From: Octopus vulgaris
Taxonomy: Eukaryota
NCBI GenBank assembly: GCA_951406725.2
Contig: OX597834.1
Location: forward strand, 2,170,001 to 2,234,000
Length of the DNA: 64,000 nucleotides
Direction: 5' to 3'
Part shown: positions 40,028 to 53,409 of the stretch, one piece after another
Layout: each line of letters opens with the position of its first letter
Position numbering within the stretch: position 1 is the stretch's first letter
Made by a program: the position numbers and the translations under genes
The notes under the pieces: generated by a model
Databases searched by the model: none
The model's input: the letters and a program-made list of their open reading frames with translations, nothing else
What the model was told of the DNA's origin: nothing

Positions 40028-40424
40028 CAAGGTCTAAATAATGGTCATTACATATTTTTCTTTCATTGGTTTCCTGTAGTCTTTATATGTTACTGATAGG
40101 TTTACTCAATCGATCTATTGATCAGCTGAGGAAAACTGAAATTTCCTCCAATAAAGGAAAAATGTGTTATGAGCATCATTTTAAGCTTGTTTCTTATATA
40201 TATATATATATCACTCTGTGTAAAAACCAGTTTGTCTGGAACCCATCCATGGATTTACAATATAGAATTGGGATGAACCATAACCTTGGACCCTGCCACA
40301 AGAATACCTGGAGTTCTTCACTAATCTAAACAATATCATTAGCCAGGTGTGCCAACAGAGGGCTCATGAAGTATTTTGCTCAGATTGATATAATCCCTCA
40401 CTATGTGTGTGTGTGTGTGTGTGT

Positions 40425-40805
40425 AGGCACAGGTGTGGCTGTGTGGTAAGAAGCTTGCTTCCCAACCATATGATTCTAGGTTCAGGCCCACTGCATGGCA
40501 CCTTGGGTAAGTCTCTTGTATTATAGTCTTGGGCCAACCAAAGCCCTGAGAGTGGATTTGGTAAAGACAAACCGAAAGAATCCTATCATGTATATACATA
40601 TCTATCTGTCTGTGTGTCTCTGTCTCTCTGTTCCCACCCCCACCACTTGGCAACTAGTGTTGGTGTGTTTACATCCCCATGACTTAGTGGTTCGGCCAAA
40701 GTGACCAATAAAAAAAAAAGTCCTAGGATTGATTCATTTGATCAAAAAGTCTTCAATGCCCCAGCATGGCCACAATCTTATGACTGAAACAAGTAAAAGA
40801 TAAAA
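40425..40805 (+). mobile_element. SINE family A copy
   Basis: aggcacaggtgtggctgtgtggtaagaagc...tgactgaaacaagtaaaagataaaa. Confidence 0.85.
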
Positions 40806-41145
40806 ATGTGTGTGTGTGTGTATGTGTTAGACTGAGCCACCACTTAGCCTTTTACTGGATGAACATCACAACATCCACCTCCTCTTCCCATTCCCCTCTC
40901 CTATAAATATATAGACAGTGTGTAGAATGTTACTGAGTCAGTGGCAGAGTGGACACTTAGCTGAAGTGGTGGAGGAGGTGCAGAGTTCAAATCCTGTTTG
41001 CTGCACTCTGGATGGTTGTGATCATCTCAGCTTTCAGTGACTAAGTCCACCTGGCTGTAAGAAAATACTATCTGTAAGTAGCTATTACAAGGAGGTACAG
41101 GCCACTTGGGTGTAAGCAGATACCACAAGATTGTGTGTACATATA

Positions 41146-41830
41146 TCATCATCATCATCATTTAACATCTGTTTTCCATGCTGGCATGGGTTGGACGGTT
41201 TGACCAGAGATGCCAAGCTGGAGAGCTGCACCAGGCTCCAGTTTGGGCTTGGTTTCTACAGCTGGATGCTCTTCCTAATGCCAACCACTCCACAGAGTGT
41301 AGTGGGTGCCTTTTATGTGGCACCAGCACAGGTGCCTCTTATGTGTCACTGGCACTGGCCAAAACTTTGATTTCACGAGATTTCACATGTCCTCTCAAGC
41401 ACAGCAAATCACCAAAGGTCTCGGTCACTTATTGTCAGCTCTTTGATGCCCAACATTCAAAGGTCATGCTTGACCACCTCATCCCATGTCTTCCTGGCTC
41501 TGCCTCTTCCACAGCTTCCCTCCACCGTTTCACACAGTTGTCCTCGTCTACCAGCACAGTCATCTCTCTTGCACACCACATCTGATGCCTCTTATGCCCA
41601 GCTTTTCTTTCAAGGCGCTTACACTCTGTCATGTATGCACACTGACATTGCACATCCAGCAGAACATGCTGGCTTCATTTCTTTCAAGCCTTCACATGTC
41701 CTCTGCAGTCACAGCCCATGTTTCACTACCATGAAGTATGGCTGTTCACACTTAGGCATTGTACAATCTGCCTTTCACTCTGAGAGAGAGAGAGAGAGAG
41801 AGAGAGGCTCTTTGTTACCAACAAAGGTAG
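41146..41830 (-). mobile_element. RTE-like LINE 3' end with (GAT)n-tailed 3' sequence
   Basis: Decayed DEDNCVKR...TWDEVVKHDL-like coding sequence, followed by the tail shared with the (GAT)n-tailed SINEs. Confidence 0.6.
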
Positions 41831-42048
41831 AAGTGTATATATGTATACATACATATATACATACATATATATATATATCTCCATATCCATCCATCTATCT
41901 ATCTATCGTTTTTGGAGTCAAGACTATTGGAAAGGCTGCAAAATGCAACGAAAATTTTAGAAAAATAAAAATAAGAAATAAGTGGAAATTTTAGCGGTGT
42001 GTTAAATTATAAGGCACAAAAAGAAAATGACTCTCCCCAGACACAACA

Positions 42049-42089
<41 letters not shown>

Positions 42090-42169
42090 TATAAGCATGC
42101 AAGACTCATGTACACACATAGCCTGTGTGTGTGTGTGTGTGTGTGTATATATAGATATATATATATAAG

Positions 42170-42480
42170 TGGCACTCTGTTGGTTATGACAACGAGTGTC
42201 CTAGTATATATAATCAATAGAACAGCCTGCTTGTGAAATGAATGTGCAAGTGGCTGAGTATTCCACAGACAAGCATACTCTTAAGGTAGTTCTCGGGGAA
42301 ATTGAGTGACACAGAATGTAACAAGGCTGGTCCCCTTTGAATTACTGGTACAACTCATTTTTGCCAGCTGAGTGGACTGGAGCAAAGTGAAATAAAGTGT
42401 CTTGCTCAAGAACACAATGCACTGCCAGGAATTGAACTCATGACCTCACGATTGTAAGCCGAATACCCAAACCACTAACC
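42170..42480 (-). mobile_element. tRNA-derived SINE sharing its 3' half with 29914-30299
   Basis: Shared cctgcttgtgaaat...gtggctgag...ccacagac block, different body (ccagctgagtggactggagcaa); similar copy about 49310-49635. Confidence 0.8.
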
Positions 42481-42607
42481 TTCAGAGAGAGAGAGAGAGA
42501 GAGGAATTTCTGTTTGTCTAGCTTTGAATGCAAAACTGTTCTTATGCAATCTTTAAAAGTAAAGTATCCGAGTTCAATTGCAGTCCACTGAAATATATTT
42601 GTATAAG

Positions 42608-42652
<45 letters not shown>

Positions 42653-42716
42653 GTGAGTGAGTGAGTGTGTATTTAAGAATGGAAGTCTGATTTTTAATCC
42701 ACTTGAGTGAAATGCA

Positions 42717-42752
<36 letters not shown>

Positions 42753-43199
42753 CTGTAACTTAGCAGTTCAAACAAATTAAATTGAGAAAATAAGTAGTAA
42801 ACTTGGAAAGTATTGTGGTTTTATTTCAAAGTTTCATAATCTGGAAGGTTTTTGTTCCCCAAAGACAGAAATTCTGTTGTGGTTGTTGGAACTCTTTGTT
42901 TCCCCATACACAATGGTTACACTACAAGATCCCCACTGTGCTGTCTCCATCTGTTTTGTAGCTGGAAGCAATGCAGGCTTAGAAACAACAGCTATTATTA
43001 AGCATATCTTTTTTGTAGAGTCAGGCAGGAACTTTCAGTGAATTTTTTATTTTTTGTTTTTTCTCTGATTTAAAAATTTTTATTTGTTTATTTTTTTAAA
43101 ATTTTTTGTCTCCAAATAAATCGTCCAACATGGTTGACCTTGCAAAATGTCTTTACACTTTGATCTTCTCCTCTTCTCAAAGTCTCACCCAGGAATCGG

Positions 43200-44280
43200 T
43201 TAACCCTGAAAGGTCATGGTGAGATCAGATGCAGATATCTGCATTGTCTGCTCAATAACTCAACTTCTGACCATTGTGCTCATCCTCAGTCTTTGTCCAG
43301 ATTGGAGCATCAACTTTTCTGCTTCCATTGGCCAGGCAGTCCATCTCTTGTCAGCATCCCTCTCTGAAAGCCAGGTTTGGCATGCTGTGGTCGCTGATGC
43401 ACAAACGTTCACAGAGGCTATCCTGGCGGATGAGCAGGTGTGTCCACAATGCATCTCTTTGATGGAGTTGCAGTCCTAGGTCAGGTAATGGCCAAGATTA
43501 AGGTCCCTGGCATCTAGAATATCCTCAGAGGCTCACCACTCTCAACCAGTCAAGTAATGCTGTCGGTGGAAGTATATAGAGGACAAGTGATGGGCTAGAG
43601 TGATGCTGTTCTTGAAGCTGGGGAGGATGAATTATTTGGTCTGTTTCAGAGGTTGAGGACTATTATGGAGAGCTTCCAGAAATTCCTGGCCTTACTATGT
43701 TGAGGAGGGCCACTGGTGGTTCAAGATGTTCTCTACAGGTATGCTAATGCCACTTATCAGGACTGCTTGAGATGCTCACAGAGTAACAAAACTATTGCAT
43801 GCACCCATGCAGTGTCTTATCATCGCTGACCTTTGAGGAGATGTCGGAACAGATATTGTCACGTGCAGCACAAATCCCAACCATTGGCTGGGTTCATCTT
43901 TACAGTTGACCCCACCCCCACCATCTGCCATTAGCAAGTTTGGGCAAGCCGTGTCCCCCTATCTAATAGTTATGGTGGGAGAAGTTGTGTGGTGGATGAG
44001 GTTGAAAGGATTGGAGACAGGGACACCTTCCTCTTTGCTGACACCCTCATTGACCTTTAAAAGTTAGAAAGGGAGGGTGGAGAGGAATGTGCTCTTTCTC
44101 TCACTGAATTTGTGAAAAGGTGGGTAACTGTGGTAAAAATGGCTGGGATCAATGGACCTTTTCTGGTTATGGTTGGAGACTGGAGAAAAAATAGTTGGGC
44201 AAGAGTTTGTGTCCTTCATTGTTAAGGTACACCTGGATCTGTGGGTGTTCCATTATTGGCCCCTGTTGGAGGCTCTCCTG
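43200..44280 (+). mobile_element. Decayed LINE remnant, possibly L1/Tx1 clade
   Basis: About 1 kb GC-richer, microsatellite-free, broken reading frames; RVER...EFVKRWV near the end. Confidence 0.4.
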
Positions 44281-45092
44281 TATTAGGAGGGATTATATCA
44301 TGTGTGCACATATTTTAACAAATACCATTCACAGCTTTCATCTCCTCCTCTCCCTTCATCATTTACATAACCCCAACTCCCACAAATTCTATGTCCTTGT
44401 TTTGTCCCCTTCATCAGATCCCCCTGTGGCAAATCAAAGAAATATCAGTTTTATAAATATTAGATGTTGAGTAATGGAAGAAGGAGTTCAAAACAAAAAT
44501 AGATTATTTTTATTATAAGACAGTAGAGATTTATGGAGGTTTTGGCTGCTGTTTCTAGCAAATTTAAGCAACTACATTGAAGTTTTTCCTCTTAGCTTGG
44601 AGATTTAATTACTATACTTAAATCTCTGATTAAGTCAAACTAGTAATTCTTTTGCAATTAGTAAACCATCAAAACCATAAACAAGTTTTACATAGCAACA
44701 CTCTGTTGTGGCAGTGGGGATGGGGGGGGGTGACGGGGATGGTGGTGACGGGGATGGTGGTGATGGTGATTGTGGTGGTGATATTTTTCCTTTTCATAAA
44801 AAAAAAATTATCTTTTAATAATAAGTTTGTTGTATTATGTTAGTTTTGAAAAACCGGTTTCTTTTTTTTTTTGCTGACAGAAAACTGAAGCCAACCACAC
44901 CCACAAACGAAGTGTGTGTGTGTGTGTGTGTTTGGTGAATTGGGAATTGTCCGTCTGTCCATCTTACATATACCCACAGACTATTTCATGCTTTCACCAC
45001 CATTTTACATCCACTTTCCCTGCTGGCATGAGTTGGACATGTCATGGCAATCAAAGTCAGTGCTTATTTGGAGCAACTCTCATCCCAGACTG

Positions 45093-45152
45093 GTCTCACT
45101 CAAACCGTGTCTCACTCAAACCGTGTCTCACTCAAACCGTCTCTCACTCAAA
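45093..45152 (+). repeat. 16-bp minisatellite, about 3.8 copies
   Basis: gtctcactcaaaccgt repeated. Confidence 0.9.
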
Positions 45153-45241
45153 CACTCCATTCTCTGTCTGCCTGTCTGTCCGTGTGTCTCTCTCTCTTGG
45201 AGTTCTGGTTCTTTCTTGAACCAACACATTTTCAAATCAAA

Positions 45242-45648
45242 GGCACAGGTGTAGCTTGTAGTAAGAAGTTTGCTTCCCAACCACATGGTTCTGGGTTCAG
45301 TCCCACTGCATGGCACCCTGGGCAAGTGTCTTCTACTACAGCCTTGGGCCAATCAAAGCCTTGTGAGTGCATATGGTAGGCGGAAACTGAAAGAAGCCCA
45401 TCGTTTATGTATGTGTGTGTGTCTGTGTTTGTCCCCCATAACCACTCATCAACTGGTGTTGGTATATTTACATCCCCATAACTTGGCGTTTCAGCAAAAA
45501 AAAAAATTAACACAATAAGTATCAAGCTTTAAAGAAAGAAAGAAAGAAAAGAGACTCGTGCTGAGGTGGATCCATTCACCTGAAATTCTTCAAGGTAGTG
45601 CCCCAGCATGGCCACAGTCTAATGAGTGAAACATGTAAAAGATAAAAG
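45242..45648 (+). mobile_element. SINE family A copy
   Basis: Full head-to-tail similarity with 40425-40805. Confidence 0.85.
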
Positions 45649-45974
45649 ACAGTGTCTGGTTTAGAACGGCAGACATTGATTGGTGATGTTATAGTGATGT
45701 AGGGGACAGCTCTAGGGGACAGATGTAGGGTGTGCAAAGAATTTATAGTAATGTAGGGAACAGATTGAAGGTGGAGAGTGAGAGAGAGAGAGAGAGAGAG
45801 ATTGCACTAAGTCTTATAGACATTCCTTTCTTTCTGTTGGTGTGGGAACTGTGACTGTGAATAACTCCTGAGTACCTCATGGCACTCAGGAGTACCATGG
45901 CACTCTGGAGAAATATGAAAGAGTACTCAGAAGATCTTGTTCTACAGAATATATGCAATGGAATATGTCTACTA

Positions 45975-46015
<41 letters not shown>

Positions 46016-46440
46016 AAGACGTAGGCACTTCTATACGCACATACAGGGTTTCATTGTAATTGGTTTACTAATTAGTAAATTAAATAATGATTCGATAAAT
46101 ACATGACTGATTAAATAATTTCTGTAGGATTGATGACTAATTGGTTAATTTGATTGCAATGAATCAGAAGCGAAGATCTTTGGTTTTGCTAACCGGTTGC
46201 CTGGCTTACTACCCCCACCCCTCTCCTCACTCTCAGTTTATTAACAGCCCCCTCCCCACCACCACCACATGGTCCTTTGGTACCTTTGTGAAACTTCATT
46301 CTATTACAATCATTCACGGCAGAACCTGGCATGGTTTTGCTGCTAAAATCTCACCGATCTCGAGAGAGGTTCTGGTTAAAAGGCTGAGGGGTGGGGATGG
46401 ATTGTCCAATGCAAGTTTGCCACAGATTCCGCCACACACT

Positions 46441-46685
46441 GGCATATTGTGGTGTTCTGTCCTTCCATAGTTATACTCTACATTCACCCACCAGTTGACA
46501 CATTGTGCTGTTATGTCCTTCCATAGTTTTATCCCACATTCTACAAGGTGAGACATTGTGCTGTTCTGTCTTCCCATAGATTTACCTCATATTCAAACCA
46601 TAATGTAATACAATATGGTATTCTGTCCTTCCATAGTTTTACCTCAATCCCTTTAACCACAAGGTGACAATAAGGGATTCTTCTA
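46441..46685 (+). repeat. Degenerate minisatellite, about 55-bp unit, 4+ copies
   Basis: Core TTCTGTCCTTCCATAG (or variant) ends at 46470, 46526, 46579, 46636. Confidence 0.8.
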
Positions 46686-46878
46686 ACTACACTACTCAAG
46701 TCCACCAAATAAAAGGACCCCAAATATTTCCTTATTGTTCTTTCTTTACCCTGCGGCGATTCTTGTCGCTTCCTAAATCTTTTAATCTCTTCCTGTTGAA
46801 CCCCTACTACTACTACTACTACTACTGCTACTACTACTACTACTACTGTTACTACGACTACTGCTACACACCACGCAG

Positions 46879-46905
46879 CCATCATTGATTTAGTACTTAA
46901 ACATG
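46879..46905 (+). other. Candidate small exon ending in ATG (possible alternative first coding exon)
   Basis: ...TTAAACATG|gtgagt at 46903-46911; phase 0 matches acceptor 49729; in-frame upstream TAG. Confidence 0.3.
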
Positions 46906-47133
46906 GTGAGTTCGTTATTATTCTGTGTTTTCTTGTCTTATTCCAGAAAATACTGCACAATCTTCCCTCTTTTACTAACCTTATTGCATCTTACACCTCC
47001 TAACTCCATTATATATACATTTAGCTGTTTCTTTTTATCTTTCTCTCTCTCTCTCTCTCTCTCCCTCTCCCTGTGTATATATTTACATACTTCTGTGCAC
47101 TTTTATCTGTTCATCTCTCTCACTGCATATATG

Positions 47134-47207
<74 letters not shown>

Positions 47208-48548
47208 TATATATACATATATATATACATCTGCCTTTCCGCCAATATGGCTTATATTACCAAAGTGCAGCGGAACCCTCAATGCTCTCCACCAACAACA
47301 ATTTAATCGACAGGACCTGTTTGTAGCAGGGGTTTGATTCCTTCAGCAACTCCCATTTTTGATATCTCCATCCCTCTGTCCTTACAAATACACAACTGAT
47401 GTCAGACTTGCCCAAAAGCTAACACCATGCTGTTTCTGTCTGTGTGTCCTGCACTACACTACAACACACAAGGTACCGCAGAACCCCAGTATAGATAGTG
47501 GTACAGTGTATTCACTACCATTGTATGACCGTACCTCAAAACGCTATGTACCTTTATAGTTACAATAGCACCACAGCCGTGTACCTCAGTACCTCAGTCT
47601 CGATCCTTGGTCTGCATTATTGTATCAACTTCAATATGGAATGTCTTATGCTTCGATGTCATCTTATCATGTGGCTGTGTCCATCACAAGTAGATGTGTG
47701 TGTGTGTGTGTGTGTGTGTGTGGATATAATACACACACACATACATTTTGCTGACATCATAAGAATTTATAAACTTTGGGGCAATGTGAAATAATTTCTT
47801 TATTGGAACGGTGAACCTTGTAGCAAATGAAGCTATGAATAATCTATAAGGCACAAAGCCTAAAATATTTTTAGGGGTCAGGGCTAGCCAATTAAATAAA
47901 CCCCATTACTCAACTGGTATTTTATCAACTCTGAAAGGATGAAAGGTAATGTTGACCTCAGCAGAATTTGAACTCAGAACATGATGATGAATGGGATGCC
48001 ACAAAGTACTTTGTCCAGCATGCTTATGATACTGCCAGCATGGAAACGTTGGGTTAAAAAAACCCTCTTGGAAAAAAAAAAGCCAAAGGCTGTCTGTTGG
48101 ACTTGAACCCACATCTTCTGTAGACATGACAGATGTTCTACCATTGGACCAAAGCAATCTTTCCAGTTTCTCGATCCATTTTAGAAAGTCTATTTTTACC
48201 AGCAAGAATTGTCTGTTGTTTGATGTCTTATAAACTTTTGAGGGAATGAGAAATAATTATCTGAAGTGTTTGGCGTTAGGGATGGCCTGCGGTCAGTGGA
48301 GGCAGGCCTAAACAGTGGCCAGACTAACAAGACAGGGTCCCAGACTCACAAGGGGTTGTAACTCTGTATAAGAATTGACTCGGGCCATAGCAAGCCATGG
48401 AAAGGGGCTGTAAAATGATACTGATGATGGTCATGATCCTCCGTGCGTGTGCGAGCGTGTGGGTTGTGTGTCTTGTATAAAAACCTTGAGTTTCCATAAT
48501 ACCAAAATGACCCTCATGTCATTTCTAGTTTAAATTTCTATAATGTAC

Positions 48549-48588
<40 letters not shown>

Positions 48589-48745
48589 GTGTGTCTACAC
48601 ACATATTTAGACAATATATATATATATGTGTGTGTGTGTGTACTCATACACTCCGCATGTATAAAAGGACTTGTATGCAGTCGTAACTAATATTTGTATA
48701 TTCTTATCATTTGCAGCATAAAGCCTGTATTTAATGAGCAGATTG

Positions 48746-48784
<39 letters not shown>

Positions 48785-49728
48785 ATGTGTATACACGCAC
48801 ACACACATATACACTGTATGTATATTTACATAATATGTATAACAGTATGTGTATACACTCATAATTGATGTTTGTGCTTTATTGTTGTTATCCAGCAGAA
48901 AGTATATATTTAATGATCAGTTAGATTTTGTGTGTGTGTGTATATATATATATCTACACATACATATATATATATTCTTTTATAAGCTTGAGCCCTAAGG
49001 TTATGGCCTATCATCCTGTAATGTCCCTTTTTCTTCATGCTGGTATGTGTGTTGGATGGTTTGACAAGAACAGACAAGCCAAGGGTTCTGCCAGATTATA
49101 AATCTGTTTTGGCAGACTTTCTGCAGCTGGATGCTGCCCTTCCTAACACCGATCCCTCAACTACATGGCACCAGCACCAGTGAGGTCACCAAGTCCCTGC
49201 AAGATAAGATCCCTCAACTGCTGAGCAGGGCATAGACTGGAGAAGTAAAAAAAAAAACTATAATAGGGAGGGAGAAGAGCCGGTCCATTGGTGGAGTGGT
49301 GAATACATTGGTCTGGCACTTTGCTGGTCATGATGGCGAGAGTTCCAGCTGATTCAATCAATGGGACAGCCTGCTCGTGAAATTAACATGCAAGTGGCTG
49401 AGTGCTCCACAGACATGTGTAACCCTTAATGTAGTTCACAGGGAGATTCAGTGTGACACGGAATGTGACAACACTGGCCCCTTGTGAATTACAGGTACAA
49501 CTCGTTTTTGCCAGCTGAGTGGACTGGAGCAATGTGAAATGAAGTGTCTTGCTCAAGGACACAACCTGTGCTACGAATCAAACTCATGACCTTACGACTG
49601 TGTCCTGAATACCCCTGACCACCCCTGACCACCAAACCACACACATTGTTTGTATGTATAATGTGTATGCAAGCGTGCGTTTTAAACATCACTTTCACCT
49701 GATGTTGTTGTTGTCGTTGTCTTTTCAG

Positions 49729-49963
49729 CACAAGGTGTGTTTCAGTGACCAGATCAGCACCTTACATGACTATCCATCGGAGGAAGTGATGCTGGAACAT
49801 TATCTCCTGGAACATCCGGAAGAGAGGAATGAGCTGCTATTACTGGAAGGCCATGGTCTTGATGGAATGAACGAATCCACCGATGACGGCTCGGAATCTG
49901 ATGACAGCAGCCCTGTCAGTCCTGATGACGGAATGAGATCAAACTTGGCTTTATCTTCAACAG
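49729..49963 (+). CDS. TPRN: Internal coding exon of a taperin/phostensin-family PP1-binding protein (HKVCFSDQISTLHDYPSEEVMLEHY...SNLALSST G)
   Basis: Acceptor ttgtcgttgtcttttcag ends 49728; donor AG|gtgagt at 49964. 235 nt open, phase 0 in and phase 1 out, non-repetitive codons. KVCF fits the RVxF PP1 motif and is followed by YPSE and an acidic tract, as recalled for taperin/phostensin (KISF...YPSES). Family call is from remembered motifs; orthology is unverified. Confidence 0.85.
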
Positions 49964-51103
49964 GTGAGTAACCCACAGCTTTTCATCTCACGCCTCTTTC
50001 CTTAATTAGCGATCATTAATTGCTATTAGTGTTGCTCTTCTTTTTGTTGTTGTTATTGTTTAGTCTTGAGTCATCGTGATCAAGCAGGCTTATTTGCTCA
50101 GACACTCCATCCACGACTCTCTCATCATTTAGCCAGTATTTCTAAGATTACATCATTTCATGTTATCCTTCCTGTTTTAACACAGTTGTGGGCATGATAG
50201 CTTTGAGGGGAATTTGGTTGCTATTTCTAACAGCTTCAACAGTCAATTAATGGCTCAATTATCTTTGCTGTTATTGGTATTGCTAATGATGATGATGTTA
50301 AAGTTTTATCATTTAGTCCTAGAGATAAAAATACTTTCCTCTCCTTAATAGAAATGATGGTGGCGGTGGTGGTGGTGGTAGTAATATTCCTTTTCTAAAA
50401 GTCTAATTCTCCCCAGTCTTTATATGCATATAAGGAACAGGTGTGGCTGTGTGGTAAGAAGCTTGCTTCCCAACCACATGGTTCCAGGCTCAGTCCCACT
50501 GCAGTCCCACCTTGAGCAAATTTTTTCTACTATAGCCTCAGGCCAACCAAAAATCTGTATTATCTTGCTCAGCCCTCCACCCTGGACTATCCTCTTAGAT
50601 TTGCACCCTAGAGAGGTCACTCAAAGTCAGAATTCCTTAACCTCTCAAAACCGGACTCAGTTTCACAACTAATTGTCAGTGTTTTTCTAAACCTGTTGTG
50701 ACAAGCCTCTCTTGTGGCTATAGGGTTACATAATGGAACTAAATTGGTTATGTCAACCGCAAACCACTGGATGCTTAATTTGGCTGGTGATAGGCAGACA
50801 GGTAGGCAGATGGATGGACAGAGCAGTGGGGACACAGCATGTCCAGAATGCAACAGTGTAGCACATAATTAGCCATTGCACGTCAGAGAAAAACTTACGA
50901 CTAGATGTAGACGTGGCATTTCTCAAGTTTATTTTGGCTGACCACCCACAATGTTATGAAGTACCTCAGGGTCTATGAACTCTAGAGGTCATGGAATAAC
51001 AACAACAACATCAATAACAGACATACAGAAACAGACTGTTCAGTGGGGAGAGAAAGAGAGAGAGATTAGGACGTGTCCCTTTTAGGACCTGTTTAGCTTA
51101 GAA

Positions 51104-51349
51104 CATTGTTTCTCGACCATTTTTTAAATTATGGACCCCTTTTATCTTGCTGGATCTTCATGGCCATTCAATGTTTTAAAAAAATCATATATTTTTTGGA
51201 ATTAAATATAATTAAGAATTGTATAAAACTAATTACCAAAATACTTTGCATATTGCAGAAGTGTTAGCAATTTACTGCAGATAAATTCTGACAACAAAAT
51301 CTTCTGTGGACCCTCAAGGGTCATGTGGGCCCCAGATGAGGACCACTGC
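51104..51349. mobile_element. hAT-like MITE
   Basis: Degenerate termini cattgtttctcgacc ... gatgaggaccactg with sub-terminal ggaccc motifs. Confidence 0.45.
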
Positions 51350-52407
51350 CTTGAGATATGTTCACACTACACCACCCGTTGTATGTTGTAATGTCCAGTA
51401 TGGTCTGTGACAGAGCGGACAGTGGAGGGAGAGAGAGAGATTGGGACATGTTCCAACTATCACACTGCACCTCTCCATACCTGACCGGTCATTAGCTGGA
51501 TAGAGGTCAGAGGTATCCTACAGTCAGAAGTCAGGATTTTTGACTACCTACAACACCTTAAGTCTGCTTAATCAGGATTAGCCTAGGGTTAAACAACAAC
51601 AACAACTGTGAGCTTCGTTGATATTGAGTTTCATGTTTGTTGTAAATGAAATAATTGGATGAACAAGGTGTCATGTGACTGTTTTATAGGGGTGGGAAGT
51701 GGGTGTGGGTTGGGGTGGTCAAGTGGTTTGTATCTTATTGTTTTGTCTTCAAAATTCCTTTGCAAAATAGTCTTTGACTTTCTAGCGTTTGTCTCATTAT
51801 TCAATTCTTTCTTGTCCAATTCCATTGAATATTTCCACATTCTTTCTGCCAACAAGACACAAATTCTTTGCTATTTTCCAAACAAGATTTTCAAGGAATC
51901 CCTTCCATTATATTTTATTGTCTTTTACTTTCTCCATTCTCTTGTTTCTTCCATCCAGAATAATTCTTGTTCAGTCAATGAGGATAAATGTTGAGAAATA
52001 TTTCTGTAAAATAGGAAAGAAAAAAGCAAAGCTTTCTTATCATCAAATGTAATGTATTTAAACAATTCGGTTCAGATATAATTTAATGCTTTTCTTCAAT
52101 GTTAACAAAAATGTCCCCCTGGAGAAGAAATAGTCCCCTTTATAGACTTCACTTCTCTCATCTGACACATGAAAATTGTAGCAAAGATGTTGCTTCCTCG
52201 ATAATTCCTCTTTTTCTCTGTTATTGTTGAAAAAAAATATATTCCATTCCAACAATAATCTTGGTTTCTAGAAAAGTACAAAAAAAAGTTGTTTCTTTAT
52301 ATTTTCTCTTCTCCAACAATTTCCATGGCCACATCCTTCATTACTGGACTCTGTGATCTGACGAGTTAATAATTTAATTATTGATGTTTGTTGGTTTTTA
52401 ATTGCAG

Positions 52408-52441
52408 AGTTGGTTGATCAACAAAACCTTTGAAGCTATCA
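52408..52441 (+). other. Candidate 34-nt cassette exon with in-frame stop
   Basis: ttggtttttaattgcag|AGTTGG...GCTATCA|gtaagt; joined to exon 49729-49963 it reads E-L-V-D-Q-Q-N-L-stop. Confidence 0.4.
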
Positions 52442-52820
52442 GTAAGTTTTAATCCAGCCTTGCCCATCCCTTCTTATCCATGGCCACCAACTAAACAGGG
52501 GAGAGGGGGAGACGTCCTTTCTAGCATTCACTCAACGACTGGCCTCACATTCTACAGCAGCAGTTGTTTGGCTTCATTTAAACCTGGCTTTCTACACACA
52601 CACACACACATGTAGGTATGTGCATACATATGTATATATATGTAGGTGCGTGTTTATATATATATATGTATGTATATAAATAGATAGGTTTAAGAGACAG
52701 AATCACCCTCAAGCAACTCAATCATTGAATGACATTATCCACAATAGGTACATATAGGACTAAATATTAAAATTATCAAAATTAATACCTTCAATTCTTA
52801 TTTCAAATCATATACTTTTC

Positions 52821-52920
52821 TACGTGTGTTTCATGACAACATATTCCTCAATATTACTGAAATAGAATGTCTCTAAATACAATACCATATTAAAAAGATT
52901 ATATTGCCAATCTTCAGGTC
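52821..52920 (-). ncRNA. Hammerhead ribozyme motif lacking stem I
   Basis: Minus strand: CTGAAGA-t-TGGCAATATA...TATGTTGTCA-t-GAAAC-ACAC-GTA; 10-bp stem II including GU pairs. Confidence 0.5.
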
Positions 52921-53375
52921 TAGCATATATGAACTTATTTTGCTATTTACATCCTATATAAAGACATGACAAACTAAAATTATATAACTAGAAGTTGTTG
53001 GAATAATTTTTACTTTTGAAAATAATGAACAGAAATATGAAATAAAAGTAGGAAAAAAAGTAGGAAAAAAAAATGTTAACTTATCTGTATGGTAATTTTC
53101 TCTCCATGAATTAAACATGGCTACCAGCAATCGTATAATCGTATAATTGAGAGCTACTTTTTGGAGGAGATAATTCTTATTAACATTTAAAAATTTATTA
53201 TTTATCAAAGTTAATATATAAATAAAATAAATTAACCAAGAAAAAAAAAGAAAAAGACTCTTCCCATCAAACACTCACTTCTAGCTTCTATTTATTTGTT
53301 ATTATAACAGAAAATACCTGGCAACTTGGTTTGGTTAATTTTAATGGACGGGCAACAACAAGTTAATACATGTGC

Positions 53376-53409
<34 letters not shown>

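Noticed and set aside
46441-46685. CRISPR-like repeat/spacer pattern
   Set aside because: Spacers resemble each other, repeats are degenerate, context is eukaryotic and there are no cas genes; it is a minisatellite.
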